A stretch of DNA of 63,701 nt, counting the filler, from Phoronis australis (lineage: Eukaryota > Animalia > Phoronida): assembly GCA_002633005.1 (NCBI GenBank). It is 8 parts of 8 records of this genome, joined end to end, with 100 filler letters (N's around TTAATTAATTAA, not from the genome) between each part and the next. Parts side by side here need not be neighbours in the genome. Positions count along the whole stretch, not along the records: positions 19,366 to 35,781 come from NMRA01000950.1; positions 35,882 to 38,760 come from NMRA01003349.1; 6 more parts are not named here. One strand, 5' to 3'. The position numbers and the translations under genes were made by a program. The notes beneath the pieces are model-generated. The model was not told the DNA's origin and ran no database searches. It saw only the letters and a list, made by a program, of their open reading frames with translations. Position 1 is the stretch's first letter; every line of letters begins with the position of its first letter. Below, in pieces: positions 24,901-38,498 of this stretch.

Positions 24901-25900
24901 ACCTTCAACATCATTACATTCAGGGTGAAAATCTGTCAACCATGGTATTTGCTTTTCTCAATTGGTCATGCCTTCATGCAAGATACGTTAACTTCCCATT
25001 AAACCAATATTTTATTAAATACTACTAACAAACAGTTTTCTTAAAATATTGAGTGTCAAATTATTCTTTCCACTGACATATCGTTTTGGCTCACAGTGTG
25101 TTTGTTTCACTAATTACTTCCCATCATTTATTTGATTCACTACACATTTGTTTAATTTGATCGTGTATAGATGTTTCGCACAACTCGTTTTTAATCTTCT
25201 GCAAAACTCACGATAGTTCTAGAGGTTCACTCAAGGCTTCGTTATCGGGGATATTAAAGCCACTATGGTAACGGGTGGTGCTTGGAAGTCATGTTGTTCA
25301 ATTGTTTTGCTCAAGCAGGCTATCCAACAGAGGTTGACTCAGAGGCCTCTCAACAAAGATACTGTAGTTGCAATGGATACTATATCCCTTCCCTTCTTTT
25401 GTAGTTAACTGAATTTTACCATGCAAACAGTGAAGAGGGTCAACGTTAAACGACAAATATATTGAGCAGTATGTTAAAGGACAGAAATCACTGCTAATAA
25501 TAAGAAACGATTATCATTGTCACCCATCTTCGCTCCCTTCTCCCCAAACTCAAAGAAGCTGTAATAATATTTCTGACACTGGGTTACTATGTGTCTATTG
25601 TAATCTAAAAGAGTAAGTAGAATTCATAAGTGTCAGATCCAAATGGCTACCTAGGACATTATGCGGATTATTGCAACCCCCCTCGACCTCCACATTCTAT
25701 AACCCCTTGACCCACGGCCTGCTGAGATTGAGGTATCCTTACTCTTTTTTCACATTTAAAAATTTTGATACATCGCTATTGGGTGACTTTAACATAAGAC
25801 TTGGCTACACCAATCTGCTTTGGCTCAAGGCTGGTGGTAAAAACAGAAATTGGCGTAAGAAATGGCGGATTGTGAGTTCACTGTCGTTGTTACGGAAGTA
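21950..25900. repeat. Old diverged repeat pair in permuted order (~21950-22520 vs ~25260-25900)
   Basis: Shared blocks CACT.TGGTAA.GGGTGGTGC, GAGGCCTCTCAACA, TGTGTCTATTGTAATC and TGGCTCA.G...AACAGAAA.TGGCGT; order A-B in the first copy, B-A in the second. Confidence 0.6.
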
Positions 25901-28081
25901 GTTACGTTTGGTGCAAAGCTGTATTTCACTTGACGAGGGCTTCACCGACCAAGATGAGTCTCGGTCGACTTCTTGATTTTGCAAGTACCCCCGCCGGTTG
26001 TTAGATTAATGTATTGATTCAAGTTTAAGGACGAGCTACCCGGGCTCTATGAAATTTCGGGGTCTAAGGGTTCTCAGCACACAATTTAGCTGTATTTTGA
26101 CGACAATCTTCTTATTCGTGATCCTGTTGCACATGTCCAATTAAAATAGATTGAATGTGGAACTCACTGAAGATCAGACGAGACGATTACACTCTGCCCG
26201 GAACGATACGATCTGTAACGTATGTACGTCTCTGATTTGATTTGGTACCATTGTTTTTTTCTGTTTTTGGCTTAAAAACTTACCGAATCAACTATCTCAG
26301 CTTAATAAAACAGGAAAAAGCCAGCCGAGCTCACAGCCAGACTAGTTGGTACTGTCGGTTAGCGCTGTTTAGATCCAGTCGACCTTGCGTAGACTGGATC
26401 GAGGGGGTTGTGGGTAGGGGGTCTAGGGCGTAGTGTATATGGGGGTTTTTGGTATGTGGGCTTACAGAGGTCGAGGGGGCCTTAGATCAATCATTATTCT
26501 AGTGATCACGCCTGTTCCCATTTTACATTGGGCTTGACTGTAAAAATCATTTTAATCATTAGTTATGATTTTAGTAAATGCAAAGCAGCAAAAGAATTTC
26601 TCCAAATCTCCTTTATCCTCACGACAATCATCTCTTGCTTAGACTGGGTTCAAAACAAGCTGAGTCTAACGGAACAAAGAAAATGTTATGCACATTACTT
26701 TAACGTATTTATATTCATTTATTGATTTCCCATTGTGAAAAAATGCAATCAGATATTCAACAAGGGGGAGACTTTTATTGTGCAATGCGTTGTGCACAAA
26801 ATTGAAGAAAAAGGTCGGAAAGATAAGCAGAGCATTTAACCACAGAATGACAGAGCATACAGCTCAAACTCTGATGAGGATGGTCCCAGTGCAGCACAGG
26901 CAATCGAAAATGCTGAGATGTATTGTTCGCTGTTTGATCAATTGGAGGATCCCACCACATCACGCACTTAAAGAATCTGCAGGGCTTGAATTATTTCGCA
27001 TTCCGGTAACGACGTGGCATTTTGGCACTTGAAAAGATCACAAAAATATGCGTTTGAATTAATCCAGTTGATGTTGACCATAATTGCGCCCACTGTATGC
27101 CACAGCGGAGCTGAGAAGTATTATTATCGACCATGTGTATTATAGCCAGGTGATAATTTCCAATGACAGTGCTTCGCCGATAGCAGCTCTACATAAACCT
27201 GAACTTATATTAAATGCTTATTGCTTTTAATTTTGGCATTTCGGAGTTATTTGAATACGTCTAAAATGTCGAAACGATGTCATACAAAACATAAAAATAA
27301 TAATATGATGATGATATTGATAATGGTGGACATTGATGGTGGTGGTGGTGGTGGTGATGGTGGACTTTTAATAAGCTTCCATTGATTTTACACATATTAA
27401 CGAAACGTGCTTTCCTGAAACGTGAGTTTTAGCAAATAAATTAAATGCAAAGATTTCGAAGTTGACAGATGTACGAACAAACTATCGTCAACTGCCCGTG
27501 CGTGACAATACTAAGTAAGATGCAGTACTATGGGTTGCCAAGTGTTCCACTGACATTATAATCAAGTTACATTACAACACTCACTCAGGTCATTCTTTAA
27601 CCATGTGAATTCATTTACACTTCAAGTTAAAAATACAAATAGTGAATGTTCCACTATGACGCAAAATTATGCTTTTGAGCATTTCAACTTTAACAGCTTA
27701 TTTGAACTTTATGGCCTTGGACCAATAGTAACGCATATGTAAAGATTCATTGTGACCGAAATTTCCAATTAATGCAAAATGTTATTATATGTGAAATATT
27801 ACTGTTGATCATTTATAACAACTCTTTCTATGTCGCCAATACTATGCTACAACACTATCGTCTTCTGTTACTCTCAACCCACTCTCCACTGAAGCAGCCA
27901 TTGGGGGAGAAAACTTGGCATTAAACAATGAAACTTAAGGACTAGTACGAGACCATAGTAAAAAACTCTGTCATATAATGGAATAACGAAACACATTATA
28001 TTTTGTCGTACCACTGCATACATATATATGCATAACAAGCTCACAATGGACACCCAATCACCTGAAAAACATGAATGCGTN

Positions 28082-29669
28082 GTCACTACCATACATTGAT
28101 GTTGCTGCTGCTGCTGCTGCGTGAAGTGGGGTACAACCATTCTGTGAATTAGAAAGTAGGTATTGAGTCAGGGTGAACTACAATCAATCAGGAGTCATTT
28201 TAATGGACGTTGCTGGGTTTGCTGCATTTACAAATATTAGCTCACGGTATTTACTCGATTCCTGCGCCAACATCGCAATAGAACACAGTAAGTTAGCAAA
28301 CATATTCATAAAAATTCCAATGTGCTAGTTATAGGTTTGCTTAAACAATTTATTTTGCAAAAAATCACAAATGAAACACATTATGAAGGAAAAATTTCTT
28401 CAACATGTGTTACTGATTGCTAAGTGTAGGATGTAATATCTGACGAGGACGAAACCAAAAACAACAATGAATTACATGTAGGAAGGACTGGGTTGTTTTG
28501 GAAGCGGATGACCTTCTTTGCACTTTGCGATTCCAATCTGAGAAGCTATAGTTAATCGCTTCAATTCATTTGACTTTGCCGCCACAGTACTATAACAATG
28601 TACGTCCCAAAAATATAGAAATTTCAATTTCCACCAACAACCCTTTGATACTGCTTCTGTTTTATTGCAGTATCAGTATTCTTAAACAATGGCGTGTTGC
28701 CACTTTCACAACATACTGCCTCTCACTTTCAGACCCAAATTCCCATCACTTTTTTTGAAAAGATAAGGCTTCACTGCAAAAGTACATCACAATACCAAAA
28801 AAAACATTAATGAAGAAGTCATTTCAAGTTTGCTGAAATCTACCTACCATTGCTTATAACGAAACTGCTACATGTTTAGACTGTTTATCCCATTCTTGAT
28901 CTGTCGTGGGACCTCTTGTTAATTTGTAAGAATGAGAATATGCTATTTAAAAATTCTCAAAATGAAAATCCAAAAGCTAATAATGTAACCCATGGTGTTC
29001 ACTACAGACTTTATGACGAACAGTTTCTCGGCGGGATGTTTTATTTGAAAACAACGGCAGATTTCAGCGAAACGTGCATCATGTAAGATGGGCATAGACT
29101 TGGGATAAGACGGACGCGGAAGGAATAAAAAGGCGCACAGTAATGTCAAGGACGTAACATTCATATTGTTATATCTTCAGATCATGTTACAGAACGCCTT
29201 GTCTTGTTGGAAGTTGAACGCGAAAGTTTTATTAATTTTAATTTCACTCTTGCTATAAAATATTTGCACATTTGCATCATCCCCATGCTTTCTTTTGTAA
29301 ATTCACTCCTCATCAAATGATCAGTAATGCCCTTAGAGAATGGCTTTGTATTCGTGATACGTTCACGCCTTCAGGTTGTAATACGTGTAAAATTGTCATG
29401 CGGGATAAAACAAATTTTGTTGCGGTAAATATTTTAAGGAAAAAGCTCGTTTTTTGCACGGATTGCATGTTATTAGCAATTGCCTAATATAGGTGACCCT
29501 TGCATCAAACATAGATTCACTGCTGCATACAAACCGTAAAACATCTATGATTGATATCACACTAGAAGGCTAAAAAATGACCCATGGTACTTGAAAAGTC
29601 CTAATTTTCTAAATGACACGCCCCATACTGATGTAAAAATTGTGGATTCAACAAAAACTGTTCACATAT
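28082..29669 (+). repeat. Duplicated segment, copy B
   Basis: Near-identical to 31587-33170; bounded by single Ns at 28081 and 29670. Confidence 0.95.
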
Positions 29670-29670
29670 N

Positions 29671-31127
29671 ATAGACTTGGGATAAGACGGACGCGGAAGG
29701 AATAAAAAGGCGCACAGTAATGTCAAGGACGTAACATTCATATTGTAATATCTTCAGATCATGTTACAGAACGCCTTGTCTTGTTGGAAGTTGAACGCGA
29801 AAGTTTTATTAATTTTAATTTCACTCTTGCTATAAAATATTTGCACATTTGCATCATCCCCATCTTTCTTTTGTAAATTCACTCCTCATCAAATGATCAG
29901 TAATGCCCTTAGAGAATGGCTTTGTATTCGTGATACGTTCACGCCTTCAGGTTGTAATACGTGTAAAATTGTCATGCGGGATGAAACAAATTTTGTTGCG
30001 GTAAATATTTTAAGGAAAAAGCTCGTTTTTTGCACGGATTGCATGTTATTAACAACTGCCTAATGTAGGTGACCCTTGCATCAAACATAGATTCACTGCT
30101 GCATACAAACCGTAAAACATCTATGATTGATTTTACACTAGAAGGCTAAAAAATGACCCATGGTACTCGAAAAGTCCTAATTTTCTAAATGACACGCCCC
30201 ATACTGATGTAAAAATTGTGGATTCAACAAAAACTGTTCACACATCTGAAACCGTATAAGGTCCTCACTTCAAACATGTTGACGCGTGGCCAAAAACCAA
30301 ATGTACACGTGGACTCGATCAATGCTGTCCCAAATCCAATACTTTAATCGCGCTATCTGCAAGTTATATAATCCTTGGAAATTACAAGTTTAAATCATTG
30401 CATTGTTGTGCTGAGTTGTGTCTGAACCTCTCCTTCGTTAATTCAATTAAGAGACAGTCCATATAAAAACCAGTAGATTTTAAAAAATCAGTCTATACGT
30501 CAAAATTTAAAACAACTTCATTTTTTGTACATGGGTAGGTATCCTAACATAAACCCAAATGCCAAATTTTGTGCACTCAATGACCCCTAATTTCACCGCT
30601 GGAGAATTATAACACAAATTGGCACAATTGGGCATATTAGCCGTCTCAAAAATCGCATGCTTTTAGCAACAAAAATGAGTAAGATACAAAATAGATCAAT
30701 AGCTATAATTTAGTGGCTGAAATAACCAACGTATAATGTACATAATTCTGTGTCATTTATTAAAATCTGACAGTTTTTTGCTAGACAGGGGAGATAATCC
30801 ACAGACCACTTTTTGGGGCTAATTTTAGTGGCCATTTTTGTGACCTTCTTACTGCCATAAAACACCTTGTAGCCTCATGTAACGTTTTGAACATACAGTT
30901 AAAGAGTTAGTCTTGATGACTGAGCAATAAAAAATCTTGCCTCAACTTTGCACCTTAGTGAAACTTGTTTTGCACAACTGTCTATTTTCATAGTTTGGAA
31001 ATGACTAGCAGACTTAACAGACCATTTGAATAAACGTTTAGGCAAGAATGTGCTTTAAATAGTTACAGAAACCAAGTCTAAACTCTTTCAAATGAAAACA
31101 AGATGTTTTCCGGGTTTATTACGCGGC
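29671..31127 (+). repeat. Duplicated segment, copy C, including the Sola3-like left end (30451-31127)
   Basis: Near-identical to ~32597-34048; bounded by single Ns at 29670 and 31128. Confidence 0.95.
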
Positions 31128-31586
31128 NGTAAATCTGTCGTTTGTCTGTGCACAAGTTTATAAGGTAAGCCTAGTGAAACATAACCAAATATTCCAAGCT
31201 TGAAGAAGCAGGTTTCGAAAAATTGATTGATTTTGCTATAGGTGAACCAGTTTCACAATGATATGTACTGTGATGGAGATATTCTAATAAACCACATGAT
31301 GACGTCACCATCAATTTAACCTCCCACCTCCACCATTCAAAAACTGATCTAAACTGATGATGTAGTATAGTAATGCTCCCAATATTAAGTACAAAGGCAT
31401 ACTACACTGTGCAGCAATATAGTGCGTCTTAAAATAATTGATGTCTACAAAAAGTATTGATAAATATAACAGGCTGATTGGTATGTCGTTTTTAGTTTCA
31501 ATCCTGTAACATCACTACCTGTTTCCTACCTTATCCACTGCATTCACGTTAGCTTTGTGAACTAGCAGCAACTGTACCCGTCCTGT

Positions 31587-33378
31587 GTCACTACCATATA
31601 TTGATGTTGCTGCTGCTGCTGCTGTGTGAAGTGGGGTACAACCATTCTGAGAATTAGAAAGTAGGTATTGAGTCAGGTTGAACTACAATCAATCAGGAGT
31701 CATTTTAATGGACGTTGCTGGGTGTGCTGCATTTACAAATATTAGCTCACGGTATTTACTCGATTCCTGCGCCAACATCGCAATAGAACACAGTAAGTTA
31801 GCAAACATATTCATAAAAATTTCAATGTGCTAGTTATAGGTTTGCTTAAACAATTTATTTTGCAAAAAATCACAAATGAAACACGTTACGAAGGAAAAAT
31901 TTCTTCAACAGGTGTTACTGATTGCTAAGTGTAGGATGTAATATCTGACGAGGACGAAAGCAAAAACAACAATGAATTACATGTAGGAAGGACTGGGTTG
32001 TTTTGGAAACGGATGACCTTCTTTGCACTTTGCGATTCCAATCTGAGAAGCTATAGTTAATCGCTTCAATTCATTTGACTTTGCCGCCACAGTACTATAA
32101 CAATGTACGTCCCAAAAATATAGAAATTTCAATTTCCACCAACAACCCTTTGATACTGCTTCTGTTTTATTGCAGTATCAGTATTCTTAAACAATGGCGT
32201 GTTGCCACTTTCACAACATACTGCCTCTCACTTTCAGACCCATATTCCCATCACTTTTTTGAAAAGATAAGGCTTCACTGCAAAAGTACATCACAATACC
32301 AAAAAACATTAATGAAGAAGTCATTTCAAGTTTGCTGAAATCTACCTACCATTGCTTATAACGTAACTGCTACATGTTTAGACTGTTTATCCCAGTCTTG
32401 ATCTGTCGTGGGACCTCTTGTTAATTTTGTAAGAATGAGAATATGCTATTTAAAAATTCTCAAAATGAAAATCCAAAAGCTAATAATGTAACCCATGGTG
32501 TTCACAACAGACTTGATGACGAACAGTTTCTCGGCGGGATGTTTTATTTGAAAACAACGGCAGATTTCAGCGAAACGTGCATCATGTAATGTGGGCATAG
32601 ACTTGGGATAAGACGGACGCGGAAGGAATAAAAAGGCGCACAGTAATGTCAAGGACGTAACATTCATATTGTAATATCTTCAGATCATGTTACAGAACGC
32701 CTTGTCTTGTTGGAAGTTGAACGCGAAAGTTTTACTAATTTTAATTTCACTCTTGCTATAAAATATTTGCACATTTGCATCATCCCCATGCTTTCTTTTG
32801 TAAGTTCACTCCTCATCAAATGATCATTAATGCCCTTAAAGAATGGCTTTGTATTCGTGATACGTTCACGCCTTCAGCTTGTAATACGTGTAAAATTGTC
32901 ATGCGGGATGAGACAAATTTTGTTGCGGTAAATGTTTTAAGGAAAAAGTTCGTTTTTTTGCACGGATTGCATGTTATTAGCAATTGCCTAATATAGGTGA
33001 CCCTTGCATCAAACATAGATTCACTGCTGCATACAAACCGTAAAACATCTATGATTGATATCACACTAGAAGGCTAAAAAATGACCCATGGTACTCGAAA
33101 AGTCCTAATTTTCTAAATGACACGCCCCATACTGATGTAAAAATTGTGGATTCAACAAAAACTGTTCACATATCTGAAACCGTATAAGGTCCTCACTTCA
33201 AACATGTTGACGCGTGGCCAAAAACCAAATGTACACGTGGACTCGATCAATGCAGTCCCAAATCCAATACTTTAATCGCGCTATCTACAAGTTACATAAT
33301 CCTTGGAAATTACAAGTTTAAATCATTGCATTGAACACGACTCAACACAGACTTGGAGAGGAAGCAATTAACAATTAA
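31587..33378 (+). repeat. Duplicated segment, copy D
   Basis: Spans the sequence of copies B and C; ends at the TTAA insertion site. Confidence 0.95.
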
Positions 33379-35781
33379 GAGACAGTCCATATAAAAACCA
33401 GTAGATTTTCAAAAATCAGTCTATACGTCAAAATTTAAAACAACTTCATTTTTTCTACACGGGTAGGTATCCTAACATAAACCCAAATGCCAAATTTTGT
33501 GCACTCAATGACCCCTAATTTTGCCGCTGGAGCATTATAACACAAATTGGCACAATTGGGCATATTAGCCGTCTCAAAAATCGTATGCTTTTAGCAACAA
33601 AAATGAGTAAGATACAAAATAGATCAATAGCTATATTTTAGTGGTTGAAATAACCAACGTATACTGTACATAATTCTGTGTCATTTATTAAAATCTGACA
33701 GTTTTGTGCTAGACAGGGGAGATAATCCACAGACCACTTTTTTGGGGCTAATTTTAGTGGCCATTTTTGTGACCTTCTTACTGCCATAAAACACCTCATG
33801 TAACGTTTTGAACATACAGTTAAAGAGTTAGTCTTGATGACTGAGCAATAAAAAATCTTGCCTCAACTTTGCACCTTAGTGCAACTTGTCTTGCACTACT
33901 GTCTATTTTCATAGTTTGGAAATGACTAGCAGACTTAACAGACGATTTGAATAAACGTTTAGGCAAGAAGTCTGCTTTAAATAGTTATAGAAACCAAGTC
34001 TAAACTCTTTCAAATGAAAACAAGATGTTTTCCGGGTTTATTACGCGGCTAGTATCAAACCTGATCCCGATGACCTTTGCCCACTGAGGGAGTCAGTTGA
34101 GGTTTAGCTTGAGGATATATAAAAAATGTACGTGTAGCCCTCTTGTATTCTTTCATTTCTTTTACATTATCAGGTTAATTTAAACACTCTGTAGAAATTT
34201 TAAATGGAAATAAAAGCCTTTAAGATTAAACGAGTAAGAATTGATATTTGTAATGACTGGTTTTGAGAGAAGCAAGTGCATTTTAAAAATACGGACGATG
34301 TCGATGGGCCTTCATGTTCCTTTAGAGTTTATTCTGCAAAAAATCCGATCACAAAAGCTTTGTGCTTTATTGAGTTAAGTCAAAGACACCACTGAACATT
34401 TGAGATACAGGAAACTACCTCACAAAGCAAGGCCTGTGCCAGAGTACGTACACGTACTACCCATAGTCGGTGAATTTCTGACTGAAAAGGACCAGTCAAG
34501 GAAGAGCCAGATAATGCTGGATGTTTCCACTCTGCTCTTCTCCTCCTGAACATAGCGGCCCTGTCAAATTCTACTGGCATTTCTGTTTCGAGATATGACT
34601 TTAGTGAAAGTCAGAATGGAAAGGATCTCTGTGATCGCAAGATCGCTCCACTCAAACAACATGCAAAGTACTTTGTAGCCGAAGGTAACAATGTCATAAA
34701 CTTTCTGGATTTGAAAGAAGCATTACTTTCCAGTGGCCGCGTGAAGGGGTGTTATGTGTATGCATGTTCAGTCAATGCAACAAAGTCTTTTCCAAAATAC
34801 TCAGTTCCTGGTATAAGCACATTCCCAAATTCCCACTATTCCACCCAAGGAATTCGCGTGTGAAAATCATTCCATGTAGGTGACGATAAGTTCTTACAAA
34901 TACTGAGAAAATGTTTCTCTAAAATACAGTAACATTTCTAGACATGGCGGATTTTCAACACCAAAACTTAAGGTTGGCATTTTATTTAGTGAAGAGCCTC
35001 AACAAAAGTTCCCTTGTACCCAGCAAGGTTACTCGAATTTTTTGCTACAGACGCAGAACTAGGTCAGCATAGCATTTGGATGTGGGTAACCACACTGAAC
35101 ATTTACAGAGGGAAACCACGTATGATCACATCGCACGACAGTGGTCAGAAATGCTTTCAGATGCAAGTACCGGAGCGTCATTTGAGGCAGCCTCAGAGTA
35201 CTATTTGGATGAGACGAATGCTGAAGCAATAGCTTAGGCATTGAAAAAAGGTAAAAGGTCAACAAGATTTTCAGCAAAGTTATAAAAACTTTCTGACGAA
35301 CATATTCGATGAAGGAGATAAGTCAGGTAAAAACGTTCACCCTCGGAAGTGCCAAAATGGAGAACCCACTGGTAAAGTGTTTACCTGTGATATTAAGTGA
35401 ATCGCAGATTGGTGGATTTTTTCGAGGTTGTCTGCAGCAATGTTTATGACCATGCAATTTCTGCTGAAGATGCTGTTATATCGTCAGATTTACTGAATGA
35501 AGTGGTAAATGAGCTCAACGTTTAGCCTAGTTTTGTAGCATACCAGTCAAAGATGTGTGATATATGAAGTCGAGAGCGTTACTTCTGTTTACTTCATGTC
35601 TGTCATGAATGAGTCATTAATAAAACTGTCTCTCGTGAATTATTTTCTATTGACTGTGAATGTGTACCTTTTTATACCACTGATGATCACACTGACAGAA
35701 ATATTCAGCGTTAGGGTGCCCGGTGTGTAGGGGGAACACCAGATTTCTGGCGACTGGTGGCGACTAAAATTTGTAGCAACC
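33379..35781 (+). mobile_element. Sola3-like DNA transposon, right end not visible (gap)
   Basis: Starts TTAA|GAGACAGTCC; copy A shows the uninterrupted TTAA at 20885-20888; contains a decayed transposase. Confidence 0.75.
34510..35440 (+). pseudogene. Decayed DDE transposase (Sola3-like), absent from the ORF track
   Basis: DNAGCFH...YDFSESQNGKDLCDRKIAPLKQHAKYFVAEGNNV...GIRV*KSFHVG (stop at 34861), followed by frameshifted pieces HLDVGNH, FDEGDKSGK and SQIGGFFSRLS. Confidence 0.85.
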
Positions 35782-35881
35782 NNNNNNNNNNNNNNNNNNN
35801 NNNNNNNNNNNNNNNNNNNNNNNNNTTAATTAATTAANNNNNNNNNNNNNNNNNNNNNNNNNNNNNNNNNNNNNNNNNNNN
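35782..35881. other. Assembly gap with six-frame stop spacer
   Basis: N44-TTAATTAATTAA-N44. Confidence 0.99.
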
Positions 35882-37583
35882 GAAAAAAAAAAAAAAACGC
35901 TTACCATCACTAAAACAAACTTTCGATTTAGGCCCCTTATTTACCATTACTAATTTGGTCTCACATTATTTCATAATCGAATTAAAGTTGATTCGGGACT
36001 TCAAATTCTGGCAGCTCTGTACCACAGGCGTCCACAGCTTTTGATCGTCCTCAATATAGTGTATTGGGGACAATCAGAAGCTGAGGACGCCTGTGCTCTG
36101 TACAGGGGCTGTTGTGGTGTGTCACTTATGTATCGAGTATGGTCTAAAGTAATAACAAACTATCAGTTGTTTTCAAACCCGGAAATTACTTTTCACCTGA
36201 GTAAGGAACAAATTGAAACCAATTTTAATGCGGTGTAAAGTGGTCCAATTCAAAAGTTTGATTTGAGTTTAAGCCTATAGGTCCGTTTTAAGAACATACA
36301 TTATGTCGCCTCTTTATCATCTACGCATCATGGTTTTTCAGAAACTGTGATAAACTTGACTTTTGTCACTAAAAGCAATTTGGTAATAGATGGGTCCCAG
36401 TAGGAGTATAGCTAGTTCTCAAATCACTTTTAAATCAGAGACCCACCTATCTGGCTGTTGCCAACAATTTTTGATAAAAATTTACCGTTATGGAATTGGT
36501 CTATACTTGTCCTGTTGTCGTGATAACGGCAAGTGTTATTTCTGGACTTGGAATGTACTAACAGCTTGTTATCGCTCGACTCCAAATTTACTGGTAACAG
36601 TGTTTCAGTTGATTTCCCAAGCACGTTCTTGAAAAATGACGCACTTGGATATTTTGCCACTGCAATGACTTAAATCACCTTCTCTAGGTTCTGTACAGTT
36701 GTCCTGAAATGTCAAAGCCTATCAGAATGTTTTGACAATCAGCCGTGCACAAAATTTATCACTGGAGTATGGCGACCAAACCTTGGCCCAAATTGAGCGA
36801 CGATAGAAAAAATGAACAGCTTCCAAACAGATTTTTTTTGCCTTGAACTGTTAAGTTTGTAACAAACATGAGGGACAAAGAGAGCAAATTCTGTCTACAC
36901 TATTCCCAGAAATGAATCTGGCGAATATCTGGACTAAAGTAAAATAAATCGGACATTCTGAAAATAAGTCAGACCCAATCCGACTGCCAGTTTTTTGCAA
37001 GACTGAGTAAGCTTGTAACAAGTTGCGACCTACTAAATCAAAATTATAGATGGAAAGTGTGTTCATTGCTGCTTTATGTTTGGTTTTCAAATGGGGACTT
37101 AAAATCTCTTTAGACAGGGAAATTGAGTACTAAAAAATGACTTGAGGAAATCACATGAATTTCCAACAAATCTGTTAGAAATGTTCAATGNCCCCAACTC
37201 AAAATCCTGGATCGGCCTTTGGTTATTGCCACTTTAAATTGAGAAATTGAGCTGGATTGTCGGATGTTTAAGAACAAAACAAGCATTTACCTGGACAGTT
37301 GATTTGCCCATGCAAATAAATAAAATTGTATGATCTCTATTTTTCATTAAAGATATGAAGCACTGAGTTAATAGCTACTATCAGAAAGTATTTGAAAGAT
37401 TGCGGACATTCAGAACAATGCTAAAAAACTTTGAAAGAATGTAAAATGAAAACACTTTCGAGAATTTGTTTATTTATATGTCCAAAGTTGGTTAGATGTT
37501 ATGTTATGAATAGTTATGGAGTGGAAATGACTAGAATAGCCACGGTTATGTAATAATACATCTTCCAATGTTTATGTTCACAG

Positions 37584-37812
37584 AAGCCAAATGTACCATT
37601 CCTGATCACGTCGGTGGAGATTACTACACCCTGCAGGGGTCCAGTTCTACAGCCGGCGTCGGTGGCCAAGACAGGTTCACTAATATCAATGATAAAAAGT
37701 TTATCTCTGACAAAGTTGACGGCGAGTGTTATGAAGTGCAAGAGTTCAGAGAACAGAATAACAGCAAAGACACTACGAAGCCACCCGATGTCAAGTTACT
37801 AGTGTTTGATCA
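37584..37812 (+). CDS. Isolated internal exon of an uncharacterised, probably extracellular protein
   Basis: ttcacag acceptor and GTAAGT donor; 229 nt open; AKCTIPDHVGGDYYTLQG...DGECYEVQEFREQNNSKDTTKPPDVKLLVFD, more GC-rich than its flanks. Confidence 0.7.
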
Positions 37813-38488
37813 GTAAGTGATGACACATACTCACTCAACATCATGTTACTGTTTGATCAACAAGTGTTTACCCATGCTCAACACTCAACATCAACTGTGT
37901 TCTCCACGACCTGTTTTGACTCGACGCGGTAACGAGTTTGGATTTTGCCGCGTTGAGTTTGGGGAAAGCGCGTCAAGTTCAAAAATTGCCGTGCCAGGTT
38001 GACCTTGGCTGACTTGGTATTGCAGCCCTCAGCATCTAATCAGAGCCCGATTTTACCTAGTTCACTTTAGTAAGAAGCAGTTAAACAGCACCGTATTCGC
38101 CTGGGGCGGGGGCGCTTATTGTAATCCAAGGCGGTTGATACCTGGTCTCCAAAACGGGTGAAATCGGAAGATAGGATTCATCAAATTTACGCTATGTAAT
38201 GTATCTGTAGTTTGTGACAGGCTTTCAATAAAACAAAACTGTGGCGCATTGCTATCAAACTTCGTCATTGTTAAATTACAATCATTCTACAGAAAATTGT
38301 GCTGAAATCCCAGGGCGACTTTTTGCGACTCAACAAATTACCTGTAGTCCTCACTTAAGTTTTCCAAATAGCGTCCCTACGATTTTAAGTTCCTGTGGAG
38401 TCTGTATTATGAACAAGATAGGTTTAAATCTGCGCAAGATTGTATCCAGCAAGGTGAGAGAAATCTCTGGACGAACACACATGTTGTA

Positions 38489-38498
38489 GTCACGTGAC
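38489..38498. promoter_or_regulatory. Palindromic extended E-box GTCACGTGAC in a CpG-rich patch upstream of METTL6
   Basis: Exact motif; possible non-coding first-exon donor near 38571. A gap separates it from METTL6. Confidence 0.3.

Noticed and set aside
26775-27032. ORF pair of 62 and 84 aa
   Set aside because: No motif, no supported splice structure.
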